Assembly: GCA_047967505.1 (NCBI GenBank)
Contig: CM106538.1
Origin: Dipteris shenzhenensis
Taxonomy: Eukaryota
DNA length: 64,000 nt
Direction: 5' to 3' (one strand)
The translations under genes and the position numbers were made by a program. Positions within the stretch are counted from its first letter, which is position 1. Each line of letters starts with the position of its first letter. Positions 13,700 through 27,126 of this stretch are shown here, piece by piece. Under the pieces are notes generated by a model that had not been told where the DNA came from, ran no database searches, and worked only from the letters and a program-made list of their open reading frames with translations.

Positions 13700-14630
13700 A
13701 AAACTTGCTACTATGTTTATCATACAAGGATGGATTTGTTGAGACTAGTAGTGAATTCAATGAGGTAAGACACGATGTCTTTGCATGGGCCCATGTGCAA
13801 TTGTGTATGCAAGGTTTGTAGGAAAAAGGAGGAAGAAACGTGTGTTGCGAATATAAACACCTACTCTTCTGTGTCTATCATGTGGACATCAATACTATGT
13901 CCAAAGAATGAGCATAGTGAATGGCATAATATTGACTGCTTGCATCACAAATGCTCAAAATGTTCTAAAACTTTATTTTTTCCACGTGAGCTGAATGATG
14001 CAAATGGTGCATTGATAAAGTGGAAGACTTATGAGTATGTCACTGAGAATGAAAAGAAGAGAATAAACTTGTCTACAAGGAGAGAACTCCATCCACCATC
14101 ATCCAATAATTCTTGCAGCACTTTTAGGTTTATATTGCCCACAACTTTTGTAGTTATTGGCAAAACACTCAATTTAAAGAGTGCATGAAAAAGTTTCCAG
14201 AGGATGTGGTAGTTTCTGTTGCTCACTTTGCAGAGAACTACACGTTTGAAGTGCAGAATGAAATCCAGTCAATGTACTAGCATAATGGACAATGTACCAT
14301 CTTGGAAAACATTTGCTATTATTGGGAGATGGGAGAGATAAAGAAGCAAACCATCTTCTACATTTCAGATGACAAACAACATGACACTATTTGTGCAACA
14401 TTGCTTTATGCTTCATTACTAATGGGTACTGTCTAAAGGGTTGAAGATAAAAAGATATTACGTTTGCTCAGATGGGGCAGCATCTCAGTCTAAGGCATCA
14501 CACCCATTCTATTTCATTGCAAGGTATTGCTCTTTGACTAGCCTTTTGATGATGTGGAGCTTTTTTGTTAGTGCTTATGGAAAGGGAGAACAAGGTCATT
14601 GTTTACTTGGGTGTAGCCATTTTTGGTGAG
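13700..14630 (+). pseudogene. Degenerate DDE transposase of the DFAENY...SDG...HGKG type (Sola2-like)
   Basis: Across frameshifts reads VVSVAHFAENYTFEVQNEIQSMY, FYISDDKQHD, VCSDGAASQSKA, WSFFVSAYGKGE. Homologous to the ORFs at 49228-52209. Confidence 0.75.
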
Positions 14631-16108
14631 GTTCAGGGACTTTTTTGTATATAGGTATCTTGCATGACCCATAACTTATGCATTGCTCAATGGAATTCGG
14701 CAAACTTTGTCTTCAAGTTGGGTAAACATTCCAAACTTGAACATGAGAGCAAAAAATTATGGAATAAGGATTTGGAACGAGACTGTTAAAGCATTACAAG
14801 TGCTATGTTGCATGTGAAGCATGCATCCTAAAGACTATAGGATATAGCAATTTATTCAAAAACATTAAAATTTTGTTCTATACATACATGCAACCAAGTA
14901 ATGATTCAAAAGAACACTACGTGAGCTTCTCCTCAACCCAATACACACCTAAATGAGATCATTATGCATGGGTTAATGGGCCTCCAATGTTGTGCTAAAG
15001 TGATGCATACCCATTTGAGGGCATGCTCCATAACTTTTTTTTGATTTGTTGAAAACTAAAACGGATTGAAAATTTGGAATCCAAACTATTGGGACTAGTC
15101 CATGGTGGTCTTAAAACATTGGTAGTTGTTGGCATCAGTATCTAGATTCAGCCTAAAATGGAAGAAGTTGGAAAAGTGCAATTTGTGCTAGTGAAAAGAT
15201 ATTTTAATAAATCTAGCACTATTTACAATTTTGAATTGTTTCTTTTTCCATGCACTTGCTTTCTATATGGCTCATAAGCATGCCGAAGGTCATTGCATTT
15301 AATAATACATAGCATCAAACCTGATAGCATGCCCTTTGGTCTATTTATGTTTTAAAGCATTTTAGGCCACATTGCACTTGTTTGGGATATCCAATTCTGC
15401 TAACATGTATTGCCAGAGGGGGGAAAACCGGCGACTGAAATTTTGCTACTCTCGTGAATTTCAAAATTTCACACCTCCCGCCCATCAAATCTTGAAAGAT
15501 TTACCTACAACCTGCCCCTACCCTATAAATGCCCTGCAACCCGCACGGACCTCGACGTGACCTTGTGCAGACTTTGGTTTGCCATTGTCTTCTTTCGGAT
15601 AAGTTGTCTTCTATTCTTTGCTTGCCTCACAAGCTAGCTTCTCTCTGTTTGTTTTGGCATTGTCGTCTATCATTGATCGTCGCCATGGCAACAGGCAGCT
15701 CCTCATGGCTTACAAGAGAAGCAAACAGAGGTTGTGAGATAGAAAAGATAAAAGGATTGGTCAAGGCACAAGGAATAGGAGACTCCTTGCAGAGCAGCAT
15801 CAAGAAGCAGTTGTTACAGATGCACGCATTCGATCATTGACATTCGAGCTAAGAAAACGAGTTGTGATGTCATGATTGGTGGTAGCATTCCAGGAAGCAA
15901 CATCAGGCCATTCAAGTAAATACCATTCTCGAGTCTTCATAAGCTTTAGCCTACACCCTAAAGTTCATAGAGTGACAACCCTACCAACACATTGTATTTT
16001 TATGCCAAAACATCACCACGCTCGGTGGTTGGAACATCATGCAATCGTGGTTGGGTTAGCTCAAACAATAGCTATGTGATTAACCTAAACCAGCCCGGTG
16101 GTTGGAAT

Positions 16109-17931
16109 TGTAAGAAAACAATACAACATCTGTGCTCAATAGATAATAGGATCTCATACACAAGAGAGAAAACCAGATAGTATGGAGAATCAAAAATTTG
16201 ATTACTGTAGAATTGATACAATAGATGGCGTTGCCTCCCAACCATGCGCTCCTGTGAGAGAAGCTTCGATGGCATGTTGGAAACAGTAGAGGATGGAGGT
16301 TGGATGCTAAGGAATCAGGGTTGCTATAGCCAGTGATGAAATGGGCTTAACAGGCTTGCTCTTATATAGCCACCAGTCGGGGCTCAATTGGGTGACCCCG
16401 ACCTAGTCCACCCAAAACGGTCAACTGGGGGTTGGGGTCCCAAAATAGGCCACCGACCACACGATAGAACCGGTGTGCAAAATAGAGCAACTAACCTACG
16501 GTGTCCGTTCGGCCCACAGCCATCTGGGATCATCTGGGACTCCAAACGGGCCTCACAACTCGAGAGTGGACTGCCCCAGGAAATGCTCCATCTACCTCAA
16601 TGCGATCAGTCATGGGATGCCTTCTCGCACTTGCATGTAGCCTTGTTGGCAGTGTGCCCACTCCGTCCAGCCATTAGGCCACACATGGCCCCCATCTGGT
16701 GTCCAAACCAGGACCTACCGGATAATCGAGGTACTCAAATGCCTTCTCCTCATATGGGAGGCTTACAAGTAGAGTTAGTTAGTTCCTGCATAGTTACATG
16801 AGAGTGGAGCATTGATATCTAACACCCCCCCTCAATGTCCACCCGCAAGTGAACTTACTTTTTCGGTCCAATGCCAAGTCGATGAAGATGCCTCTCTAGC
16901 AAGTCTCTTCCAAGAGCCTTTGTGAAGATGTCTGCAGCATTCTCTATAGTCGAACAGTACACCAAGTCGACCTCTCCATCCATGATGAGCTCGCATACAA
17001 AGTGATATTAAATCTTAATGTGTTTTGTGCAAGCGTGGAACACAGGGTTCTTTGCAATCGCCATGCAACTCTGATTGTCACATGATAACTGTGTAGGCTT
17101 GTTTTGCACTACACCCATGTCCCCCAGAATCCTCCTCAACCACACTGCCTCACAAGAAGCAAAGCATGCTGATTTGTACTCAGCCTCGGTAGAAGAAAGA
17201 GCAACTGTGGGTTGCTTCTTGCTGACCCATGACACAGCTCCAGATCCAAGTGAGAAACAGTAACCTATCACTGATCTCCTACTGTCCATGTCTCCTGCCC
17301 AATCCGAGTCACAAAATTCGGTCAAGATGTTGCCCTTGGTATAGGTGATGCCATAATCAAGTGTGCCTTTGATGTATTTCAGCACTTGCATCCCTGCCCT
17401 CCAATGGTTCTCCCGGGGCTTATTGGAAAACCTGTAGTACACCAGTCGCAGAGCTGATGTCTGGCCGTGTGTTGCACAAGTAAATCAAACTACCCACAAG
17501 ACTTCTGTACTTCGCTCGTCCACTAGTGGTGATGAATCCTCGTTTGAGAGCTTCATGTCAACCTCCATAGGGGTACCAACTATCTTGCACTCAGCCATGC
17601 CAAATGCCTTCAGTATCTGTCTAGCATACTTCAGCTATGAAATGAAGATCTGTTTCGGCTCTTGCCAAACTTCAATCCCCAAATAGAAATGCATCAGTCC
17701 GAGGACTGTCATTTCAAACTCTCTTCCTAGCAAATGCTTTGTTTGCGAGATCTTCTCTTCATGGTTCCTTGTTATGACAAGGTCATCCACATAAAGGACC
17801 ATGATCATACACCTGCCTCCTTCTCTGAAGATATACAAATTTGCATTTGCTGGGCTCCTCCTGAACCCGTTTTGCAGAAAGTAGGCATCAATTCGCTGGT
17901 ACCATGCTCATGGGGCCTGTTTCAGCCCGTA
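16109..17931 (-). mobile_element. Copia element 1, 3' part: RT C-terminal half, RNase H, PPT, 3' LTR (16109-16824)
   Basis: YGLKQAP*AWY, LYVDDL, FCDSDWAGD, VALSSTEAEY, KNPVFHA motifs. PPT at 16825-16833. LTR TG...CA is similar to 32125-32771. TSD GGAAT at 16104-16108. Confidence 0.95.
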
Positions 17932-18260
17932 TTCTGGTGTTTGAGCTGAACCAGCCACACGGTTGCATGATATTCCAAGCACCGGGCTGATTTAGGACAA
18001 TCACATAACTGGTGTTTGAGCTGACCCAACCACGATTGCATGATGTTCCAACCACCGAGCTAATTTAGGATTAAGTCCATGCCAGCCTAGTTCTGGTGTT
18101 TAAGCTGAACCAGCCACACGGTTGCATGATATTCCAACCACGGGGCTGGCTTAGGACAATCACATAACTGGTGTTTGAGCTGACCCAACCACGATTGCAT
18201 GATGATCCAACCACCAAGCTAGTTTAGGACAATCATATTAAGTCCAAGCCAACATCCTGG
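17932..18260 (-). repeat. Tandem repeat family (~70-85 bp units); inverted relative to the copies at 16020-16108 and 32772-32910
   Basis: ctggtgtttgagctga.cca.ccac..ttgcatgat.ttccaacc units are reverse complements of ggttggaa.atcatgcaa.cgtg..tggtt.agctcaaacacc. Confidence 0.85.
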
Positions 18261-18585
18261 TTCAAATATGCCTCAATGGTTTCTACTCATGGAAATGGGA
18301 CTCGATGGCTATGATACTTTGCAAGGGACTTAAGATAACCTATATTGAGGCCCATGCAAAGTATCATGGCCATCAGATCCCATTTTCATGGTCAAGGTTT
18401 TGCCCATGCATCCCCTCCTGTGGTTCAAAAAAATGCCTCAGTGGTATTCTAGTCATGCAAATGGGACTCAATGGCCATGATACTTTGCAAGGGACTTAAT
18501 CTCGCCTAGATTGAGTCCCATGAAAAATATTATATCCCATTTTCATGTTTAAGAATGAGCATGCATCCCCTCTTCTGGTTCATAA
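18255..18585 (+). repeat. Tandem duplication, ~170-bp unit
   Basis: tggttcaaa..atgcctca.tggt.ttcta.tcatg.aaatgggactc.atggc.atgatactttgcaagggacttaa occurs twice. Confidence 0.75.
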
Positions 18586-19903
18586 ATAATAAAAATGCAT
18601 TGTCATAATGCTATACCTTATGCATCAAACTGTGTGTGCACATTTTATGAAACCCCCATTAGTTCTATGTGATAGATTTTTTTTTTGGGGGACAGTGCTC
18701 AATGTCCTATCAACAAAAAAAAATTATCGACGCTTTTTTCAACAAAAATATCCAGTCTGGTAAATTTTCCAAAACGTTTTTTGATGGAAATATCGACAAA
18801 ACAGAGCATGATCAATGATTAAACAAAATGGGTTCAATATTTGGAAATTTTTTTCCTCATGTATAAAGTATGGTGTTTTAATGATAACCCATAACCTTTG
18901 CAGATGTCTTCAAGCTCATCGGATTCTGAAGAAGAGACTAGTAGAGCAAATCTTCATCAAAACCAGCCTTTTGTGATTGTGCATGATGCAAAGGACAAAT
19001 AAGGATATTACGCAAAATATCAACAACACACACAAAGATACATGGTACCCTTAAAAGAGATATCATTGAACAATGAGGTAGAAGTCATGTTTTAGCTTCT
19101 TCATCAGTGAATTCATAAAATTCATTTCATGTACTACATTTACGTGCTTGTATGTGACTTATGTGAGATGATTAACTAAGATGATCTCCGGCATAGTCAC
19201 TGCTCTCACAGTATCCATGCAACCTTGGATGACTTCCTCTGTATTCTATTCCAAACTTTCTTGTGCCTCTCATGTATCTCAAGACTCTTTTGGCTGCATT
19301 CTAGTGAGACTGTTTAACTGTGCTAGTGTATGAGATGATGTGTTGCTATTGAAGTACTAATGATCATGATCGTCTTGATCGCCTTGATAATTGCATTCCC
19401 CTTTTAAGTTGTAATCTATGTCAAGATACATTGTTTTAGTCTTCTCTATACCCTCACTTGCAAGAAACATATTCTCAGATTCATTGGCATAATGATTGTG
19501 ACTTGAATGTCCACCACGATGATTTCCTCTCCCTTGGAAATTGCCTCGATTGCTGCTAGCACTTTGTTTTTGTGACACTTCTTTAAGCACTTGTCAACAC
19601 CACCACTGTGGCAGGACTGGGTGTCACTTTTTGCCCTTGTTAGCACTTTCTTACACTTTTGACATGGTGCCTTATATGCAGGGGATAATACAAGCACTTG
19701 TAGTGCTATCGTAGGTAGGAGTTTCTTACAATTTTGACCTAGAACTCCTCATATGTAGGGGATAATACGAGCACCTCATCATTGAAATAACCTTTTTCAT
19801 AGCAACTTCTGTCAAGGCACTGGAAGAGGGAACTCAGCCTGGAGGTGAGCTCAATCGAGCACAACATTCGACAACAGATAGGGAACTCAATATGGTGATG
19901 AGA

Positions 19904-20160
19904 CTCAGGGGGTGCACTACTAAGAAACCCTATATATCACGTGTGTTCAAAGGGTATTAAGAAGACCCCTCAACTAAAATTTCTCACACAATCAAAACAC
20001 TCCTCTTTACTTATGAACTAAGTGAATTTTTTCAAAAATTGAATTAAAAAACCCCTTTTGTTATTGTAATTCTATTAAAATTTTCCAAAAAGTTGAATTA
20101 AAATACCCCTCCTTTTAAATGCACATGGTATACTAAATTTCTTTAGGTGAACCCCCCAAG
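19904..20160. mobile_element. MITE, older member of the ~250-bp family also at 34809 and 41031
   Basis: Ends ctcagggggtgcact / gtgaaccccccaag. Shares the core aaaccct.tatatcacgtg.gttcaa. Near-perfect 8-bp TSD tgatgaga / tggtgaga. Confidence 0.7.
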
Positions 20161-20331
20161 TGGTGAGATCCAGTACACTGATGCATGCTCTCAGTGTGTT
20201 AGAGCTGATCACCAAGTTGAGTTTCTTCCCCAGTGCTGAAGGTTGTGCATAATTACGAAAGGCTCAACACCAAGTTGAGTTCTCTCCCAGTGCCTCATAG
20301 AACAACGACGACCTGTTTCCCTTGGCTCCCC

Positions 20332-20813
20332 TGAGAGTGCTCTCAACGGAAGCAAGAACGGAAGAGGGAGAGAGAGGGAGAGAAAGAGAGAGAGCCACAC
20401 AAGTTTTAGCAGGTGCAAAACCACCCTAATCTTCTTTTTCATTCATTTATATATGTGTTTGAGTATTGTACATAACCGGGGTAAAGGCACAGTGACCTTT
20501 AACCCCCACAACCTCCCACTTAAACAACAATGTGCCTTTAAGGGAGAACAACCAGTGAGCATACTATCCAATGCCCATCAATACATGACAATACTCAAAC
20601 CGCTGACTAGGTAGACTCTTCATCAGCATATCTGCAGGGTTATCATCTGTATGAACCATCTGTATGAACCTTGACAAGCTCTATGCGCTTGTCCTCAAGT
20701 ACCTCCCTGATGAAATGGTACCTGACCTCAATGTGTTTGGTCTTTGCATGAAAGACCGGATTTTGTGCTAGTTGAATAGCACTCATGAAATCATTATGCA
20801 ATGTCGGTACACC
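20332..20813 (-). mobile_element. Copia element 2, 3' end: RNase H tail, PPT, 179-bp 3' LTR (20332-20510)
   Basis: Minus strand reads GVPTLHNDFMSAIQLAQNPVFHAKTKHIEVRYHFIRE. LTR matches 34690-35122 once the MITE is removed. Flank tcccc (20327-20331) is the reverse complement of TSD GGGGA at 34685-34689. Confidence 0.92.
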
Positions 20814-21404
20814 AACACCATATTAGAGAATTTGGGAAAATCCTGATAATTTGGGAACTTTTGAGGGGTTGTAATTATGTAACATTCAATGTTTTTCATT
20901 GATTTTTCCCATAGTTTTGGTAGTCCATCCAAATCTCGCAAATGTGCATGGTTTGCATCAACATAAATAAAATGTCAAATGTTGAGGTTTCGACCAATGC
21001 ATGGTATTTTTTGAGGGGTTATAATTACAATGCATTGAGTGCACTCCATTGACTTTCTCCCTGAATTTTGCCGTCTATATGAAACTCACAATTTGGAGTG
21101 TGCCTATTTTGCATTAGCTGAGAAAAAAACATCATATGTTTGAGTTTAACGAAGCATTTTTTGCCTCTTCTCGAAAAAAGGTGGTGTTCAAAAACACCAT
21201 TTTTAGTTTAGTTGGAGAAAAAGTAAGAATGCAACACTAGTCCTTGATATTTTGTCGAGTGTGCAGAACTTGCAACCACAAAGCAATGGTCTGCAAAAAA
21301 AAAGATAAAGAAAAAAGATCAATGTCATACCTTCCAAATATTTGTCAGTATTCAATTAAATTATTGTTGTGCAAGGAAAAAAAAGTCATGCTTTTCAAGT
21401 ACCT

Positions 21405-24400
21405 TCACTCCATTGTGGAGTCAGCATCAGAGTCAGAATCTATTCTATGAGACAAATTGGATAAAGCTCGCTTGCGTGCAATGGTTGGTATCTTCACCTT
21501 GATGGGGAGGTTGCTGCTCTTTGAGGAAACCTTCTTTGAGAGGTTACATTTTGGAACCCAGGACCATACAATAGCATCAACAGATTCCCAATGTGGAGGA
21601 TCACCTTTATTGCACATCCAAACCTTGTTCCAACAATCTGCATATACCTCCTCAATTTGTGCATTGTGTCTTTTGCATATAGGTGCCCAATATTGTATGA
21701 AAACCTTCTTGAAATTTTTAGATTTATTATCCTTCTGTACATCAGTTTGAGCAATGCCTAGCCAAATTGGGTAAATTTTTTCTGCTGGTCGGACCAAAAG
21801 AAAGTGTCCTTTTTGTACATCAACCATTGGATCAAATGATTGTTGGCTTTTTCCTTTGAGGTCCACAGTAATGATCATTCAACTCTTCAATTCCTTGAAA
21901 CTCATCGTTTTCATTATCAACTACTTGCACACAATCAATATGTTGTGTCTTTGGCCAAAATCTCTCGTACATGCCCTCTACACTATTGTTTGGTTTATCA
22001 AGCTCATCAATCATGCTCTTCCAGTACTTCACTACTGGCTTGTAAAACTTTGTGAAAGATGCTTCTGGACCTTGCAAGTGTGCCCATTTTTCCCAAAAGC
22101 GTACATACTCCTTGATACCAACTATCACATCTAAGTGGTCCTTCACATACTTGAACATGGTTACATAAGGTGGCTCTCCACTTGGTAGCATTGGATGACC
22201 ATCCGGATGTCTCTTCCACAACTCAATGCCACCTTCACTTGGTTGCCAATCTAATGATCGTGGATGCACTTTATATTGCATGATAGGAACTTCATTTCGC
22301 ATAAAGAACCGAAATTGGAGAGGCTTTGAGTGTCCCACTAAAGAATCTTTCCCATCGCATAGGCATCCATCAACATAGCTCTTGAAATCAGGGACTTCCG
22401 TTACCAAAAATGGCGTTGGAGAAGACTCCTCACATTGTCTAAACGTATCCATGAGATGTGCAAATGTCAATGTTTGGCTAGTTCTTAACCTCTCTGAAAA
22501 CCTGCTAAACATTGCATCAATATCCTCATGTGTATGCCCAACCATCAAGAATCCCAATTGAATTGACTTGAAAATCCCTCGAGCAACAAGTAATGATAGG
22601 TATGCAAACAAGTGCCTATTCTTGTTTTCAGAACCACAATTATCCAACTGCAACAATAGGTGTTCGGGTAGTTTCTTATAAGGATTTTCTTGATGGGAAC
22701 TTCCAAGTCCAAGGTCTTTGAATGTTCCACCCACTACCCCAAGATGAAGTTGTTGCTTGCCATTAGAAACATAGTGAGAATCCAATGCTTCTCTTGAGGT
22801 TAGTGCATTTAGCAGAGCATTGTCAGACCTTGGCATCCCATCATGTACCAAATCTCCAAGTGCATGGTTATCAAATCTTTCAAGATTTCTCAAACACAAA
22901 GCCAATGAACCAATTGTGAAGTTAGGATCCGACGGCCACAAGGATAAAGAAAAATGACCATAACGTCCTTGACCATGTCCATGTGTTATCATGCCAGTCA
23001 AAGCCACTGGGAGCTGAAAGGATTTGTCTGTGTCCTTTGAACGATTGCGTAATCTAGGGATGGCTGTCTTCTTTTGGTCCATCTTATCATGGATAATGCA
23101 CAAGTATGTCTGAGGATACATTTCAAAAAATCTGTGCCAAGTGTAGTACACATTTCTACAACTTTTTTGTTGTAACATGTGCTTTCTTCTATCTTCCATC
23201 AACTTATTACGTTCATTTTGGCATTTTGTCGCTGCAAGCTAAGCCTTGATTGCACTACATAAACCACACTTAGAGAATTCACTTGTTTTTGACAAAGTTA
23301 CATGCTTGAATTCATAGTTCCATATGTGGTTGAATGTGGAAGTTGACATCTCCTTACAACCCAAACTATGCTTTAATTGCATGTTAACTTCATAGAGAAT
23401 ATCAACCTGCTTGTATATATCCGATATCACCAACTGTGTTTCCCTTGATCCATCCTGAAGTGTTCTACTTTTGTGTGGCATACGCTGAGAATTGTTATCC
23501 AAAAAATCTTGGATTATGGCTCTACCCAGTTCTGTGTGGTCCCAACCTCTCCGCACGATTCCTTTATTACCATGTATGCACCTTCGTATACCAATTTCAA
23601 ATTGCTCCCTGTATCGATAAAATGTTGTTTTTGGAATACCATGCTCTACAACAAACTTGAATACCATTCAATGAAAAGACATATTTGAACTGCCCATTGT
23701 CATCTTTTCGACAAGCAACCCCAAGAGTGTCATATACATAATTGGTGCGAGCCTCCAAACTTTGGCCCCAATACTCTATGTGTAATTTGGATATCATTTG
23801 ACGATCGGCAAATTGACAACAATTTTGTTTACAACAATCAATCATAGATACTTTTATGACTGCATCCCTTGTGAGTCTAGATGATGCTAATGGCATGCCA
23901 TGTTTTTTAGCTTTTCTCTTTATCATGCAGTAACGCCTCTTTTTTGTGGATTTTTCCATTGGGTCCTCATCTTCCATGTGCTTTTTTCCAGAACCACTTG
24001 AAGAATTCATGGTGTCATCGATTCTTAATGAAGTTCCATCTAAAAAGGTTATTTGTGCAATGGGCCATTTGATTAAGTGGATGGTATCGATGCCTGATAC
24101 ATCATTGTGATACTTTTCAATTCCCACACCTAGATTACCTTCACCAAGCATCTCAAAATTTATAGGTTCAAATGGGTAGACATATAAAACAACACCCTCT
24201 GCAATGCTCTTGGTTTTCTACTCATCCCATATTAAGACTTTCTTGTCCTTCCATGATTCTCGAATGGAAAACTCATCATATTCACATAGAGGTTCAACGT
24301 CAATGGTATCTAATGTTATATCATTCATTGGTACAATAGCTTCATTGACATTGTCCACACAACTCACTGATCGTGCTTTCCAACGAACAACACTACTCAA

Positions 24401-24622
24401 AGCCTCATAGACTAAGAATGCATCCATTGTAGGAAATGGAAGAAGTGCACTTTCATCCATACAAATATCGATCACCACCGATACATTGTTTTCTCCCAAG
24501 GGCACACCTTGGCACATGTCATCATGTGATGTAGAGAATATTGTCCCAATGGCAACAATCTTTCCACTGACAAGCAAGTTGACTTTAACCCCCACTTTCA
24601 ATGTGGCATCTGCATAGTACAT
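21405..24622 (-). pseudogene. DDE transposase, DUF7869/Sola1-like, with two N-terminal Tnp1/En-Spm-like small domains, a Cys-rich region and a C-terminal SH3/Tudor-like domain; disrupted by two in-frame TAG stops and two frameshifts
   Basis: ORFs 24218-24622, 23597-24151, 23239-23667, 21832-23202 and 21405-21878 join into one protein. Candidate catalytic motifs IIHDKMDQ, LQLDNCGSENKN, GHTHEDIDAMFS. Cys motifs CCKQNCC, VCCRAW, FSKCGLC. Confidence 0.85.
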
Positions 24623-24699
24623 AGCATTTGTTATAGTTCAATATTGATATCTAATGGTGTGACTTAGGATGAAAATACTTTACAAGATTTCATTGCAAG

Positions 24700-25400
24700 A
24701 CCAAATCTTCCTAAACCTTGGTGCTTTGAATTTTAGGCAGCAAAATTTGGCTGCATGGCCAAATCTTCACAGACCATGGTGCTTTGAAAGGGAGATAGCA
24801 AGATTTGTCCACACAACCAAATCTCCCGAGATGCTGGTGCTTTCAAGAAGCCATAAAGATTTATGCACACATCCAAATCTACTTAGACCTTGGTTCTTTG
24901 AAAGAAGCCCACAAGATTTGGCCACATGGCCAAATCTCCTAAGACACTAGCGCTTTGAAAGAAGCAATAAGATTTGGCCACACAGCCAAATCTGCTCAAA
25001 CCTTGGTGCTTTCAAAGAAGCTAGCAAGATTTGGATGCACAGCCAAATCCTTCGAGACCTCCGTGACTTCTTTCAAAGCACTGAGAAGATTTGGTTGTGG
25101 CGTTCTTTCAAACTTGGGGAGATTTGGTCGTGTGGCCAAATCTTGCAGGCTTCTTTCAAAGCACTAGAGTATGGAGAGTTTTGGCTGTGCAACCTCCTCT
25201 TGCATGCTTCTTTCAAATCACTAGGTTCTGGGAGATTTGGCCATGTGGCCAAATCTTTCAAAGCATTAGAGTTTGGGAAGATTTTGCCATGCTGCCAAAT
25301 GTTGCTAGCTTCTTTCAAATCACTAGGAAGGTTTGGCCACATGGCCAAATCTTATTTGAAATCACTAGGAAGATTTGGCCACATGGACAAATCTTCAAAC
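24700..25400. repeat. Array of palindromic AGATTTGGCC-N4-GGCCAAATCT units (left array, ~13 degenerate copies)
   Basis: Example agatttggccacatggccaaatct at ~24915 and ~25330, with linkers containing gtgctttgaaagaagc. Confidence 0.9.
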
Positions 25401-26089
25401 GTTAAATTTAAAAATTGAAGATCCAGATTTTAAAATTTAAAATTTAAAGTTTAAAATTCAAAATTCAAAATTTAAAATAAAAAATTCAAATTTCAAGTTT
25501 CAAGTTTCAAATTTTGAAATTCAAATGTAGCGATCCTACTTTCAAAAAAATCGTACATGCTTTTCATGCTTTTCATGATTCATGCTATTACACTTTAAAA
25601 TCATACTATTACTTTAAAAGCAAACTAGAAAATCTAAAACTATTAAAAAACCAAAACTTTAAAAGGCAAAGCTAAACAAGCCTTTTAAACCAAGCATAAA
25701 AAGTAAACCTATGAGAAGGAATTGAATTCGTCTTCATGGGGAATCAAGTGCTAGGCTCACCTTGTTCTCTCCCTTCCTAGATCTCCAATGTGTACCTAGG
25801 GTGGTTTGAGAGCTTTAGGACGTCTTAGATGGGGTAGTTCTTGGAAAACACTCCTCCACCCTTGCTTAGCTAATTGCAAGCAAAAAAGTTCAAAACTATG
25901 TCAAAATAAGAGGTCTCGGGAGGTTCCCCATCCCAGTTTTGTTCTAGCAATGTGTACTTAACTATGTAGGTTTTAAAATTCCATTACCAATTCAACTCTC
26001 CATAGATTCCACACACAATAGTTGGATTAGAAAGAGGTCCTTTTTTTTTTTCCTCTTCACTCTTTTGGGAGGATTGCTCCCTTCCCCCA

Positions 26090-26720
26090 AAGCATGCTTT
26101 TTTGGGGGGATTGCTTCTTCCCCCCATTTTTGGAGATTTCCTTCTTTCCCTCCACCGTCCTCGTCTCCTTCTTCCTCGTCGTCGGCTCCCTCTTCCTCCT
26201 CGTCATCGGCTCCCTCTTCCTCCCCGTCGTGGCTTCTGCTGCTCCACTGCAACACCTTCCCGTCCTCCTTCTTCCTCGTCATCGTCGCTGCAACGCCTTC
26301 GCCTTCCCCCCATTTTTTTCCTCCTTTCCCTGCACCGTCCTCATCTCCTCCTTCCTCGTCGTCGGCTCCCTCTTCCTCCTCGTCGTCGGCTCCCTCTTCC
26401 TCCCCGTCGTGGCTTCTGCTGCTCCACTGCAACGCCTTCCCGTTGCAGTTTCCGGTCCTCCTTCTTTCATCACTGCAACGCCTTCCCGTCGCGGTTTCTG
26501 CTCCTCCTTTCTTCATCACTGCAACGCCTTCCCGTCGCGGTTTCTGCTCCTCCTTCCTTCATCACTGCAACGCCTTCTTCCTCGTCACCTCCATCTTCCT
26601 CCTCATTGCCCTCGACGCCTTTTTTCTTCCGTCCGTCATCTTCCTCCTCGTCGCGGTTTCTGCTTCTCCTACCATCAGAGCCCTCGTCCTCCTTCCTTCC
26701 TCGTTCTGTCCATCTTCTTC
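26090..26720. repeat. Low-complexity CT-rich region with ~180-bp and ~45-bp internal duplications
   Basis: cttcctcgtcgtcggctccctcttcctcc and cactgcaacgccttcccgtcgcggtttctgctcc are repeated. This produces overlapping spurious ORFs. Confidence 0.8.
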
Positions 26721-27126
26721 CTCATCGCCCACACTGGTAGAATTACTCCAGCAAGAAAGACAACTTCTACAATTGCTACAGCTACTCTCTCTTTAGCTCC
26801 TACGATGGCTACTCAATCATTCAAGTAAGAAAACGAAAGAAATCGAAAGTGTACCTAATTCTTGCATGTTCTCCATTTTCTCCATTTCGGAACACCACGA
26901 TTTGAAAGAAAGAGTCTTGTAAAAGTAGGAATCTCGAAGTGTGATTTGAAAGTAGGGTCTTTAGTATATGATTTCACTTACATATCTTCAAATTTGAAAT
27001 TTGAATTCTGTATCTAAGATTTTGAATTTTGAATTTTGAATTTTAAATTTTGAATTTTGAATCTAAGATTTTGAAATTTTCAGATTTGAAATTTGAATCT
27101 TAAGATTTTAATTTTAAATTTTAAAT

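Noticed and set aside
25992-26828. Overlapping 175-244 aa ORFs on both strands
   Set aside because: They are low-complexity products of a CT/GA-rich repeat with no recognisable domain.
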